64,000 bases of DNA from Chloroflexota bacterium (GTDB lineage Bacteria; Chloroflexota; Anaerolineae; Aggregatilineales; J027). Shown here piece by piece: positions 27,424 to 36,811 of this stretch. Below the pieces are notes generated by a model. The model did not search any database, was not told the DNA's origin, and worked only from the letters and a program-made list of their open reading frames with translations. The position numbers were made by a program, and so were the translations under genes. Each line of letters begins with the position of its first letter. The first letter of the stretch is position 1. Location: contig QMIT01000009.1 in assembly GCA_024434115.1 (NCBI GenBank), positions 150,165 to 214,164 of the forward strand. The letters run 5' to 3'.

Positions 27424-28947
27424 TTAACCACGTATTCCTTCGTAGCGCGAAATCCATTTCCAGTTGGAGGCATCACGGGCATTGCGTTTGACTATTTGGG
27501 CGGCCTGCTGCCGATTGGCATGTTCAACCAACGCTGCCAAAATCGCCGCAACGTCGGGGCGGAGGGTAGTAGATTCTTCCTGCATGACAAACTGATCCTC
27601 AACAAATTTGGTGTCGAATCGGCCCGCCAAAAAGCGTTGGCTATCGAGCAGGGTTTGATGGAAGGGGATATTGGTTTTTAGCCCCATAATTTTGTATTCG
27701 TCCAATGCACGGCGCATTCGTAACAAAGCCGCACCACGCGATTCACCCCAACAAATCAATTTTGCCAACATCGAATCATAGTACGGCGTGACTTCATAAC
27801 CCTCATAGATGCCGCTGTCCACCCGCACACCGGGGCCGCTGGGGGCCATATAGGTTGAGATTCGGCCAGCGGAGGGCATGAAGTTGTTATAGGGGTCTTC
27901 GGCGTTGATCCGGCATTCGATGGCATGACCATTGATTTTGACTTCCTCTTGCGTCAAGCCGAGTTTGCGTCCGCGTGCAATACGGATTTGTTCCTTAATC
28001 AAGTCTACCCCGGTAATGAGTTCGGTAACGGGGTGTTCAACTTGAATGCGGGTGTTCATTTCCATGAAATAATAATTGCGGTCTTTGTCCACGAGGCATT
28101 CAATCGTGCCTGCACCCACATAGCCAACGGCTTGGGCGGCCTGTACCCCCATGTGTCCCATTGCCGCGCGTAATTCGTCATCCACGAAGACGCTGGGGGC
28201 TTCTTCCACCAATTTTTGGTGGCGGCGCTGGATGCTGCATTCGCGTTCACAGAGGTGGATCACGTTGCCAAAATGATCGGCCAATACCTGAATTTCAATA
28301 TGGCGGGCATTTTCGACAAGGCGTTCGACATATACCCGGCCATCACCAAAGGCACTGAGGGCTTCGCGGCGGGCTGATTCCAATGCGGAGGGGAGTTCCT
28401 CTTGGCTGCGGACAATCCGCATCCCTTTGCCACCCCCACCCGCTGCCGCTTTGAGTAGCAAGGGATAACCAATGATATGGTGGGCAGCGTTCATCAATTC
28501 TTCGTCAGAGAGGCCGGGTTCGGTGCCGGGAATGACAGGGACACCAGCAGCTTTCATGCGTTCGCGGGCTGCTTCTTTATCTCCCATCGCATTAATCGCC
28601 GAAGGAGGTGGGCCAATCCAGACCAATCCTTCGTCCATTACAGCCTGTGCAAAAGGGGCACGTTCGCTCAAAAAACCATAACCGGGGTGAACGGCGTCTA
28701 CTTTGGCACGTTTGGCGACATCAATCAGCTTTTCAATCGCTAAGTAACTTTCGCGTGGGGCTGGTGGCCCAATATGATAGGCTTCATCGGCGTGGCGCAC
28801 ATGCAGTGATTCCCGATCCACGTCCGAATAAACTGCGACAGTCTGAATTCCCAGTTCACGGCAGGCGCGAATAATGCGGATCGCAATCTCCCCCCGATTG
28901 GCAATCAGAATTTTCTTGATATTAATCACTGGCATCTGGTCAGTCAT
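27424..28947 (-). CDS. accC: Biotin carboxylase subunit of an acyl-CoA carboxylase, with C-terminal extension
   Basis: LIANRGEIA, HPGYGFLSE, KAAAGGGGKGM, ECSIQRRHQK, EMNTRIQVEHPVTE, YYDSMLAK. Confidence 0.93.
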   Translation of the reverse strand: MTDQMPVINIKKILIANRGEIAIRIIRACRELGIQTVAVYSDVDRESLHVRHADEAYHIGPPAPRESYLAIEKLIDVAKRAKVDAVHPGYGFLSERAPFAQAVMDEGLVWIGPPPSAINAMGDKEAARERMKAAGVPVIPGTEPGLSDEELMNAAHHIIGYPLLLKAAAGGGGKGMRIVRSQEELPSALESARREALSAFGDGRVYVERLVENARHIEIQVLADHFGNVIHLCERECSIQRRHQKLVEEAPSVFVDDELRAAMGHMGVQAAQAVGYVGAGTIECLVDKDRNYYFMEMNTRIQVEHPVTELITGVDLIKEQIRIARGRKLGLTQEEVKINGHAIECRINAEDPYNNFMPSAGRISTYMAPSGPGVRVDSGIYEGYEVTPYYDSMLAKLICWGESRGAALLRMRRALDEYKIMGLKTNIPFHQTLLDSQRFLAGRFDTKFVEDQFVMQEESTTLRPDVAAILAALVEHANRQQAAQIVKRNARDASNWKWISRYEGIRG

Positions 28948-28974
28948 AAAAGTTGTCCTTTGCGTAGGCCAGAA

Positions 28975-29574
28975 TTAAGCCTTTTTAGTGGGTACGGCGT
29001 CCGTAATGGTGATTTGTTTGGGCGAAGTCAGACTGTGGCGCTGCAAGATTTCACCCGATTTGGAATTGACCCGCAAAATAAGCAAGCCTTCGTCCTTAAT
29101 CGCATTGAGTTCGTTAATCAGGGTAGCCCATTCACCCTCAGCCTGCGCGGGTGCAATGGGACGTTCGATGCGCATCTGAAAGTAACTCAGCATACGATAG
29201 AAGTCCCACACCCACATCATTTGGGTATGAAGGGCGCGATCATTACTCGCCCAAACCGTTTTTTCCTCTGGGGCATGGTGGGTACGCCAAAAGGTAATTT
29301 GATGCGTCACAGCCGTCGTATTTTCCCACGCCGATTTAATTTCAAAGCTGGCATGGAGATTTTGGGGGCTGTTGTGGCCTTCGGGAATCCCTTTGACATA
29401 GCGTAGCGGCCCAGTCGGGCCATACCGCAGGAAGTTTTCCGTACCTACTACGTCAAGGGAGGCAAATGTAATGATTTCTAGCATGTGCTCCGAAGCATTG
29501 GGGTTTGGCGGGGCAGCAGGATTCTCGCTTTTAGTTTCGTGTTTCTCAGCTTTTGGGGTTACTTTGTCCGCCAT
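28975..29574 (-). CDS. Hypothetical protein (199 aa)
   Basis: AAGGA RBS; directly upstream of accC on the same strand. Confidence 0.65.
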   Translation of the reverse strand: MADKVTPKAEKHETKSENPAAPPNPNASEHMLEIITFASLDVVGTENFLRYGPTGPLRYVKGIPEGHNSPQNLHASFEIKSAWENTTAVTHQITFWRTHHAPEEKTVWASNDRALHTQMMWVWDFYRMLSYFQMRIERPIAPAQAEGEWATLINELNAIKDEGLLILRVNSKSGEILQRHSLTSPKQITITDAVPTKKA

Positions 29575-29771
29575 ATCTTATCCTTAAATCCGTTTTTTCA
29601 AACAACACGGTATTATAACAGGGCAAACATAAAATGCAGTGATACAGAAAATTTCTATATACTGCACATCCTTTCCAAGTATTCAATTGGTCGGGTTGGT
29701 CACAAGCAGAGTCTCATATACCATACGGGTGATACGACACTGATGAGACTTTGTGAGACAACGCGAGGTAA

Positions 29772-30047
29772 TTAGAAGGCGGCTTCGTCCGAAACTGAGT
29801 CGTTGTTGTCACGCAGGCGATAGGTGATGCGGCCACGATTGAGGTCATATTCGCTGAGTTCGAGTCGGACACGATCTCCCAGCAAAATACGAATATAGTG
29901 TTTGCGCATCCGGCCTGCAAGATAGGCCAATACTTTGTGGCCGTTTTCGAGTTCGACCATAAATTGGGTGTTGGGCAGCGCTTCAACGACTGTGCCTTCC
30001 ACGAGAATTTTAGATCCTTCTTTAGTAGCTTTTTCTTTTTTCGCCAT
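29772..30047 (-). CDS. infA: Translation initiation factor IF-1
   Basis: [55 protein letters not shown]. Confidence 0.96.
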   Translation of the reverse strand: MAKKEKATKEGSKILVEGTVVEALPNTQFMVELENGHKVLAYLAGRMRKHYIRILLGDRVRLELSEYDLNRGRITYRLRDNNDSVSDEAAF

Positions 30048-30206
30048 AGCCTCTCCATGAAGCGGATAAATATGCGTACATTGCTATCATACATCTAGTT
30101 AATCGGTTGGGTCAATGGGTTTAGCCCACAAAATAGCCTAAAAAGCGCAGCCCTAAAAAATATTTTTAAGACTGCGCTGTTGATGTCCCGTTTAGGAAGG
30201 GGTCAA

Positions 30207-30407
30207 TCAGATGCCATTAATCTTGCGTTGCTTGCGGCGGGCACGACGGACGGCCTTCTTCTTTTGGATGCGACGGAGTTCGCTCTTGGACACATACCAG
30301 CGCTTGCGGCGGACGGTGCTCAAGACCCCATCTTTGGCGATTTGTTTGCGGAATCGCTTCAGCAGTGCTTCCTGCGATTCTCCCGGACGGAGGTCAACTT
30401 GCGACAT
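30207..30407 (-). CDS. rpsU: 30S ribosomal protein S21
   Basis: GESQEALLKRFRKQ..RRKRWYVSKSELRR. Confidence 0.93.
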   Translation of the reverse strand: MSQVDLRPGESQEALLKRFRKQIAKDGVLSTVRRKRWYVSKSELRRIQKKKAVRRARRKQRKINGI

Positions 30408-30501
30408 ACTGCTTCACCCCCCTTCATCAAGGGCTATTCAGGCAAACAGCAGGCAAAAGAGTCTATGCTCTTCTAACCTGCTGAAATTTACATTATGGGG
30501 A

Positions 30502-31788
30502 TTACGCACCAACAGGGGCGGCATCTTCCAGATTTTCGGTTTCGGATTCTAGCGTATCGTAGGTGGATTCGCCAGATTCAGTTTCGGCATATTGGGCATT
30601 CGCAAGTGCGCCGGGTCGTAGCCCGATGCTGGCGGGATCCATATCATGTTCGTTGGCCCAATTGATGCGTTCACTCTCGGTCACTTCCTTGAAGCTTAGG
30701 CCGAGGCGTTGGCGATCAGATTCCATGCTGATGATACGCAGAAGAAGTTTTTGACCGCTAGAAATGAGATGTTCGACATTGGTGGGGGGTGGGCTGGCGA
30801 TCTGGCTGCTGTGGAGCAGGGCTTCGATGCCGGGTTCAAGGCGGACGAATGCGCCGAATTGCGCGACACGACTGACTTCACCCAAAACCAACTGCCCGAT
30901 ATGATACAGTTCTTCAATTTGCGCCCAAGGATTGGGTTGTAGACGCTTGAGCGAGAGGCCGATACGTTTACCCTCTTGGTCGAGATTCAGGACATACACG
31001 CGCACCTTATCACCGACCTGTACCACTTCTCGTGGGTGACGAACACGATGCCATGCCAGTTCGCTAATGTGAATCAGGCCGTCAGCCCCGCCGAGATCAA
31101 CAAACGCGCCGAAATCGCGCAGACCAGAGACGACACCCTCACAAATTGCACCTTCTTTGAGTTCGGTGAGCAGTTTGTCTTTGTGGGCCGTCCGTTGTTC
31201 ACGCATGGCTTCGCGCTGGCTAAAGACCAAACGGCGGCGTTTGCGGTTGACTTCGATAATTTTGACCATGATCGGCTGACTGACCAGTTTTTGCATATAG
31301 TCTTTGCGGTCATCTTCCGAAAGGCCACGCGGCAAATCCATGACATGGCTGGCGGGTACAAAACCACGCAGATTCCCAAAGGGAACAATAATGCCACCCC
31401 GGTTGGCTTCAGCGACATGGCCGTTCCAGACATCGCCGCTGTCCATAATCTTTTGGGCATTCGTCCAGTCTTCGGCTTGCATCGCCTGTGAGACGGAGAC
31501 CAGCAGATTCCCGTCTTGGTCTTCCATACGGGTAATCATGACCATGACTTCCTGGCCGACATTGAAATCTGATTCGCGCTGAAGGCGATCAATATCCTGT
31601 CGGGAGACAAATCCATCATTTTTCATGCCGATGTCAACCAACATGCCATGCTGGTCAACCGACAACACTGTGCCAGAAACAATATCACCCCGTTCTGGCA
31701 AGCCCTTTTTAAAGGACTCTTCAAGCAGTGCCGCAAAATCCATTATCTCATTGTCGAACTTATTTCCCATTGTGGGAGATTTCTCCAT
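30502..31788 (-). CDS. rpsA: Ribosomal protein S1-like protein, four S1 domains (paralogue B); alternative start 31770
   Basis: GTVLSV..VDIGMKNDG, LRGFVPASH, LRDFGAFVDLGGADGLIHISELAW, FGAFVRLEPGIEALLHSS. Confidence 0.88.
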   Translation of the reverse strand: MEKSPTMGNKFDNEIMDFAALLEESFKKGLPERGDIVSGTVLSVDQHGMLVDIGMKNDGFVSRQDIDRLQRESDFNVGQEVMVMITRMEDQDGNLLVSVSQAMQAEDWTNAQKIMDSGDVWNGHVAEANRGGIIVPFGNLRGFVPASHVMDLPRGLSEDDRKDYMQKLVSQPIMVKIIEVNRKRRRLVFSQREAMREQRTAHKDKLLTELKEGAICEGVVSGLRDFGAFVDLGGADGLIHISELAWHRVRHPREVVQVGDKVRVYVLNLDQEGKRIGLSLKRLQPNPWAQIEELYHIGQLVLGEVSRVAQFGAFVRLEPGIEALLHSSQIASPPPTNVEHLISSGQKLLLRIISMESDRQRLGLSFKEVTESERINWANEHDMDPASIGLRPGALANAQYAETESGESTYDTLESETENLEDAAPVGA

Positions 31789-32112
31789 ACACGTCCCTAC
31801 TTATACGAACGTTATCAAAAACCTGTTCTGGGTATGAACAAGCCTAAAAAACGGCATCTTGTCGGTGGGGACTAACCAACTAGAGCCGTTCTTTTGTCAG
31901 AATTACAATTCAAGAAACCGCGATGAAACGGTGTTGAACAGAAAAGAATTAAAAACAACAGAACTTAACTCGCGCCGAAACGCGCCCCTTTCAAATTTGA
32001 CTGGCAGGATTTTAATCCGCGATTCCCCACCTGTCAAACCTGATTTTAACCAATTGAGGCGAAATTTTCTGTCGGCGCTCGCAAAAAATCTAAATATTTT
32101 AGTGCGGCTGGT

Positions 32113-33390
32113 TTATTCCGCCGCTGGTTCATCGTTTTCTTCAGGGCTTTCGGGAGTTTCGAGTGGTTCGACAGGCTCGCTAGGTTCGATAGGTTGTTCG
32201 AGCGCATCTTCCTCACCCGCTGGATTTTGTTCCGTACCCCAACGCTGCGTGAATCCAACCCGGCGGCGTTCTGGTTCTAGGCGGCTGATGCGTAACTGTA
32301 AACGATCACCCTTTTTGACATAACTATAGGGTTCTTTGAGTGCGCCATCACCCATTTCGCTGAGGTGCAGGAGGCCTTCAAGACCGTCATCTAGGGCAAT
32401 GAACGCGCCGAAATCTACGACATTGGTGATAGTACCTTCGACCAACTGGCCTTCGTGATAGGTTTCGATGGCATTGGCCCAAGGGTCTTTGAGCAGGCGC
32501 TTGCGACTAAGAGCAATACGGTTGGTGTCGCGGTCAAGGCTGAGGATGTAGACTTTGATGACATCGCCGACATTGAGTACATCGCGCGGATGATCTACCC
32601 GATGCCATGCGAGTTCGGAGACGTGGATAAGACCATCGGCCCCACCCAGATTGACAAACGCACCAAAATCGCGCAGACCTGTCACAGTGCCGTCCACTTC
32701 GTCGCCCTCTTTGAGTTCGGACAGCAGTTTGGCTTTTTGTTGGGCACGGGCCTCGCGTTGGGCTTCTCGCTCAGAAAAAATTAAACGGCGGCGGTCTGGA
32801 TTAACTTCAATAACTTTGACAGTCAATGTTTGGCGCGTATCTTTTAGTCCATCTAGGGCATCGCGGCGGTCAGTGGATTGTAACCCGGGCGAGACAGTGA
32901 CCATATGGGAAGAGGGAATGAAACCTTCCAACCGATTCCAACGCACCAAAACGCCTCCGCGATTGTGACCGACAACTTCGACATTAACGACTTCTTCGGT
33001 CTTCATCAATTCGGAGGCCTTTTCCCAATCGTATTGTTGGAGGCCCATATTGATGCTTACAATGAGGTTGCCGTCACTGTCACGAGTTTGCAGAACATAA
33101 ACTGGAACTTCTTGTCCGACTTTCAAAGAGCTACGGAAAGACGGATCAAGCCGCTCCATATCTTGGGAGGTGACGATACCATCTTGTTTCGCCCCTAAAT
33201 CCACGATAATTTCATTGCGGTCAATCTGCATGATGATGGCATTGCGGATTTCCCCACGACGCGGAGGCTTATAGTCATAGGAAGACTCCTCCAGCAGTTC
33301 CAAGAAACTATTGCGTGCCTCGTCGTTCTCGGAATGGTTAGGAGTCGGAGGGACTTCTTGTGACGGCTGGTTGTTTTTATCAATACCCAT
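32113..33390 (-). CDS. rpsA: Ribosomal protein S1-like protein, four S1 domains (paralogue A)
   Basis: VDLGAKQDG, LEGFIPSSH, LRDFGAFVNLGGADGLIHVSELAW, FGAFIALDDGLEGLLHLSE. Confidence 0.9.
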   Translation of the reverse strand: MGIDKNNQPSQEVPPTPNHSENDEARNSFLELLEESSYDYKPPRRGEIRNAIIMQIDRNEIIVDLGAKQDGIVTSQDMERLDPSFRSSLKVGQEVPVYVLQTRDSDGNLIVSINMGLQQYDWEKASELMKTEEVVNVEVVGHNRGGVLVRWNRLEGFIPSSHMVTVSPGLQSTDRRDALDGLKDTRQTLTVKVIEVNPDRRRLIFSEREAQREARAQQKAKLLSELKEGDEVDGTVTGLRDFGAFVNLGGADGLIHVSELAWHRVDHPRDVLNVGDVIKVYILSLDRDTNRIALSRKRLLKDPWANAIETYHEGQLVEGTITNVVDFGAFIALDDGLEGLLHLSEMGDGALKEPYSYVKKGDRLQLRISRLEPERRRVGFTQRWGTEQNPAGEEDALEQPIEPSEPVEPLETPESPEENDEPAAE

Positions 33391-33654
33391 TGATTTTGCT
33401 ATACCACCTTGTTTATACGAATATTTTCCGGCCCTTACCGGAAAAGGCTACCACCACGCAATAAGCTAATGGAAAGCACCCAAAATAAGTTTACCTTGCC
33501 ATCCTATTTTCGTCAAAGAAAGTAAAGAGTGCAAACTTCGCTCATAGACAGGCATTTCGGGTTTAATTTTGGTACAATCTCTCCCTTGAGATTTCATGCG
33601 GGGGCATGGAGGTGTTGTAAACATTTGATTTCGGCTGTGGCCTCTCCCAAACAA

Positions 33655-34569
33655 ATGCGAATCCATAGGACGCTGCTGCTTATTACATCGCTCATCTTGG
33701 CATTTTTATACTCCCCGGCTGCTGCGCAAGGCTCTGACCCGCAGTGGTTATTCGGCCAAGTCAATAATTTGCGCGGTGGATTAGGGTTACATGCCTACGT
33801 GTGGAACGATCAATTAGCTGCTGCTGCCCAACAACAGAGCGAATATATGGCGGCGACGGGGCATATCAGCCATACCCAGTCCAACGGATCAACCCCGACC
33901 AGTCGAGCAGCAGCGAATGGTTATGGCGGAACGATGATTGCCGAAAACATCTATGGCGGTCTGATGGCCCAAGCGACGGATGCGTGGGCCTTTTGGGTAA
34001 ATTCCGGTGTGCATTACGCAACCTTGACCAATTCTCGGAACAACGAAATCGGGATTGGGGCCGCAAAAGGGGATAATGGAACCTATTATGCATTGGTGAT
34101 CGGCTATCGGCGAGATGTAACCGCGCCGCCCGCCCCTGTACCCGTCAACAACAGTGGGGGAGAAGCACCCGCCGCGCCTGTTGCTCCGGCTGCACCCCCT
34201 CCGACGGCACGCCCACCGACCCGAACCTTCACCCCATCCCCCACGATACCCACAGCCACTCCGACCATTACATGGACACCGACATTTACATGGACACCCT
34301 CCCCAACGGATACCGTGCCACCAGCTACAGCGACTGGGATCCATTTACCAACGGCCCAAGTGGTGGCAATGCTGCCATCGGCGACACAGGTTATCATAAG
34401 TGTACCGCCCGACGAAGCCCCTCCTCGACCATCCGCTAAACTGGCTCGAAGGCAGGATAAGGCCGGGTTTGATGTACAAAAACTGCTACCTGTGTTTTTG
34501 GTGGGGCAGGTTTTGCTGATTGGTGTAGGGGTCTATTCTTTATTTTTCCGCAAATCGCGCCTGCGCTGA
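33655..34569 (+). CDS. CAP/SCP-domain protein with Pro/Thr-rich linker and C-terminal TM anchor
   Basis: Signal peptide; VNNLR..WNDQLAAAAQQQSEYMA..HISH..AENI..WVNSGVHYATL..EIGIG; start ATG 33655 preferred. Confidence 0.85.
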   Translation: MRIHRTLLLITSLILAFLYSPAAAQGSDPQWLFGQVNNLRGGLGLHAYVWNDQLAAAAQQQSEYMAATGHISHTQSNGSTPTSRAAANGYGGTMIAENIYGGLMAQATDAWAFWVNSGVHYATLTNSRNNEIGIGAAKGDNGTYYALVIGYRRDVTAPPAPVPVNNSGGEAPAAPVAPAAPPPTARPPTRTFTPSPTIPTATPTITWTPTFTWTPSPTDTVPPATATGIHLPTAQVVAMLPSATQVIISVPPDEAPPRPSAKLARRQDKAGFDVQKLLPVFLVGQVLLIGVGVYSLFFRKSRLR

Positions 34570-34598
34570 AGAAGCGCACCTTTTAGGGTAGATAGATC

Positions 34599-35621
34599 AT
34601 GATTGAACCACTGCATGTATTGATTACGCACAAAGTATCGGACACATTGCTCGAACCTTTGCAAAATATATCGCCGCAAATTCGGCTGCATATCCATCCG
34701 GCGAAACAGGGGTCAGAAGTGCCCGCCAAACTTTGGAAAGACGCCGATATTTTGTATACCACCGGGGCACTGCCTACCCCAAAAACCGAAACCCGTCTGA
34801 AGTGGATTCAGAGCCATTCAGCAGGGGTGGATGCGCTGCTGCTTCAACCATTTTTTGAGGCCAATCCCGATGTTGTATTGACGACCACCAGTGGTATCCA
34901 TGCAACAAACATGGGGGAGTATGTGCTGGGGATGATTTTGGCGTTGGGGCATCGTATCCCAACGATGTTGAAGTATCAAGCCAAAGCCGAATGGTCAGAG
35001 AAGCGCTACAGTATATTTTTGCCACAGGAATTGCGCAATTCGACGGTGGGGATTTTGGGATATGGCAGTTTGGGTCGTGAGGTGGCGCGTCTGTGTAAGG
35101 CGTTTGGGGCTGAGGTGTTGGCGACCAAATTTAATGTGCGTCAAACAGCCGATGAGGGTTATACACTAGAGGGAACAGGTGATCCACAGGGCGAATTGTT
35201 TGATCGCCTCTATCCACCACAAGCCGCTGCTTTTATGGTCAAAGACTGTGATTTTGTCGTAATTACGTTACCATTGACCGAGGCGACACGTGGTAGTGTG
35301 GATGAGCACGTCATCAATGCTATGAAACCGACGGCCTTCTTGGTTAATGTGGGGCGCGGCGGGGTCGTGGATGAGGCAGCGCTATTGGCAGCTTTACAAG
35401 AGGGACGTATTGCAGGGGCGGCCTTTGATGTTTTTGCTGAAGAACCCTTATCTGCTGAAAGCCCCCTTTGGAAAGCGCCAAATTTTATCATCAGCCCGCA
35501 CATTTCCGGCAACACCGCAACCTATGACGAAAAAGCCGTGCGTGTCTTTGAGGAAAATTTGCGGCGGTATATTGAAAAGCGGCCTTTGTTAAATGTCGTA
35601 GATCGCACCAAAGGATATTGA
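34599..35621 (+). CDS. D-2-hydroxyacid dehydrogenase family protein
   Basis: SAGVD, VGILGYGSLG, LVNVGRGGVVDE, DVFAEEP, SPHISG. Confidence 0.93.
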   Translation: MIEPLHVLITHKVSDTLLEPLQNISPQIRLHIHPAKQGSEVPAKLWKDADILYTTGALPTPKTETRLKWIQSHSAGVDALLLQPFFEANPDVVLTTTSGIHATNMGEYVLGMILALGHRIPTMLKYQAKAEWSEKRYSIFLPQELRNSTVGILGYGSLGREVARLCKAFGAEVLATKFNVRQTADEGYTLEGTGDPQGELFDRLYPPQAAAFMVKDCDFVVITLPLTEATRGSVDEHVINAMKPTAFLVNVGRGGVVDEAALLAALQEGRIAGAAFDVFAEEPLSAESPLWKAPNFIISPHISGNTATYDEKAVRVFEENLRRYIEKRPLLNVVDRTKGY

Positions 35622-35739
35622 TTGATGCCCGCAACTTTCTGAACAGAGTCTACGTATTGAGGTATAGAAGCGCAGCAATGCGCCCATGAGGTTTATGTAT
35701 CGTCAATATGATTTAGCTTCGTGTGAGGAGTGAGGGAAG

Positions 35740-36051
35740 ATGACCGATCAGACCCAACAAGAAGATGTGCGCCAAAATCAGGAAAACCCTGAAGACCCTA
35801 TGAAGGCGTTTTTGCATCACCAACGCTTGGCTTTTGAGGAATTTGGCAAGGCGATTGAATCGCTCCTGCCGCCTGATTTTCGTGAGCATACCCGCAAGGC
35901 CAGTCAGTCGTTTATGGATTCCTTCAAATCGCTATTTGACGCCGCCAAAGCTGATATTGACCAGATGATGCAGCGTCAGCGCAGTCAAAAATCGGCGGAA
36001 GGCGAAGCCGAAGGCCCCGGCGAGACGAAGGTCAAAGTAGACATCCAGTAA
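35740..36051 (+). CDS. Small helical hypothetical protein (103 aa)
   Basis: GAGG-rich RBS; amphipathic helical pattern. Confidence 0.75.
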   Translation: MTDQTQQEDVRQNQENPEDPMKAFLHHQRLAFEEFGKAIESLLPPDFREHTRKASQSFMDSFKSLFDAAKADIDQMMQRQRSQKSAEGEAEGPGETKVKVDIQ

Positions 36052-36067
36052 ACGGCCCGGCCTTGTA

Positions 36068-36093
36068 AGGGCAGGTGAAACATTGCCTGCCCT
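36068..36093. terminator. Hairpin between convergent genes
   Basis: AGGGCAGG-10nt-CCTGCCCT; no clear T-run. Confidence 0.5.
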
Positions 36094-36104
36094 ATCCAAA
36101 TCCC

Positions 36105-36752
36105 CTACATTTCCTCTTCGGCGGAATTTGACTCACTCAAATCATCCGATGTTTCACTTGTTGTCTGTGCATTTTCTGATATTTCATCAGGGCGTTTGAC
36201 CCGACGCGATTTAAAGGGGTTATGATCCACCTGCTGTGGGTTATAGCGCGGGATGGGGGTAACACTAAGCACTTCTTGGTCAACAAGGGTATTGCTAGAT
36301 TTGCCCGGAATCCCTAATGGTCGTACACGCGGCGCATCTGGCCCCAACAAAGTTCCCATGACCAGTCGGTAGCGCCATGCTGACCACCAATGACGGTTAA
36401 TGGTGAGCACGGTCACGTTGCGGCCTGTTTGATGACGGGCGGTTGCCAATAATTCAACCAACAGAGTATATGGGGGACGGCTTATCACGGTTTGTTGAAC
36501 ACTGCTGCCAGAGGGCTGCTGGCGGGTCACATGCTGCTCAATTGTTTTGCAATGTTTGCAATAGTGATAGAGGGTGGTTGCGGACTGCGCCTCACCCCAC
36601 TCGTCAAAAACACTGGCGACATGAAACAGCTTGCGTCCGCATTTTTGGCAAGTGCGATAGGGGTCAGGCTGACGCTGACGATAGATCACCAGTTCGAAGC
36701 CATTTTCTTGATAGCGTTCTTCGAGAATTTCTGGCACGCGACCCTTCCCCAA
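36105..36752 (-). CDS. Hypothetical protein with two CxxC motifs (putative Zn ribbon)
   Basis: CQKC...CKHC. Confidence 0.6.
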   Translation of the reverse strand: MGKGRVPEILEERYQENGFELVIYRQRQPDPYRTCQKCGRKLFHVASVFDEWGEAQSATTLYHYCKHCKTIEQHVTRQQPSGSSVQQTVISRPPYTLLVELLATARHQTGRNVTVLTINRHWWSAWRYRLVMGTLLGPDAPRVRPLGIPGKSSNTLVDQEVLSVTPIPRYNPQQVDHNPFKSRRVKRPDEISENAQTTSETSDDLSESNSAEEEM

Positions 36753-36811
36753 AAATATTATTTAATCAAAAACTGGGATGAGCCGCGTAGACCCATCCCA
36801 ATCGCCCATTT

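Noticed and set aside
31801-33421. Shared TTCGTATAA upstream of both S1 genes, plus a TTTTCCGG/CCGGAAAA palindrome at about 33424-33445
   Set aside because: A 9-bp match at unequal distances from the starts; it could be a -10 element or chance, which is insufficient for a call
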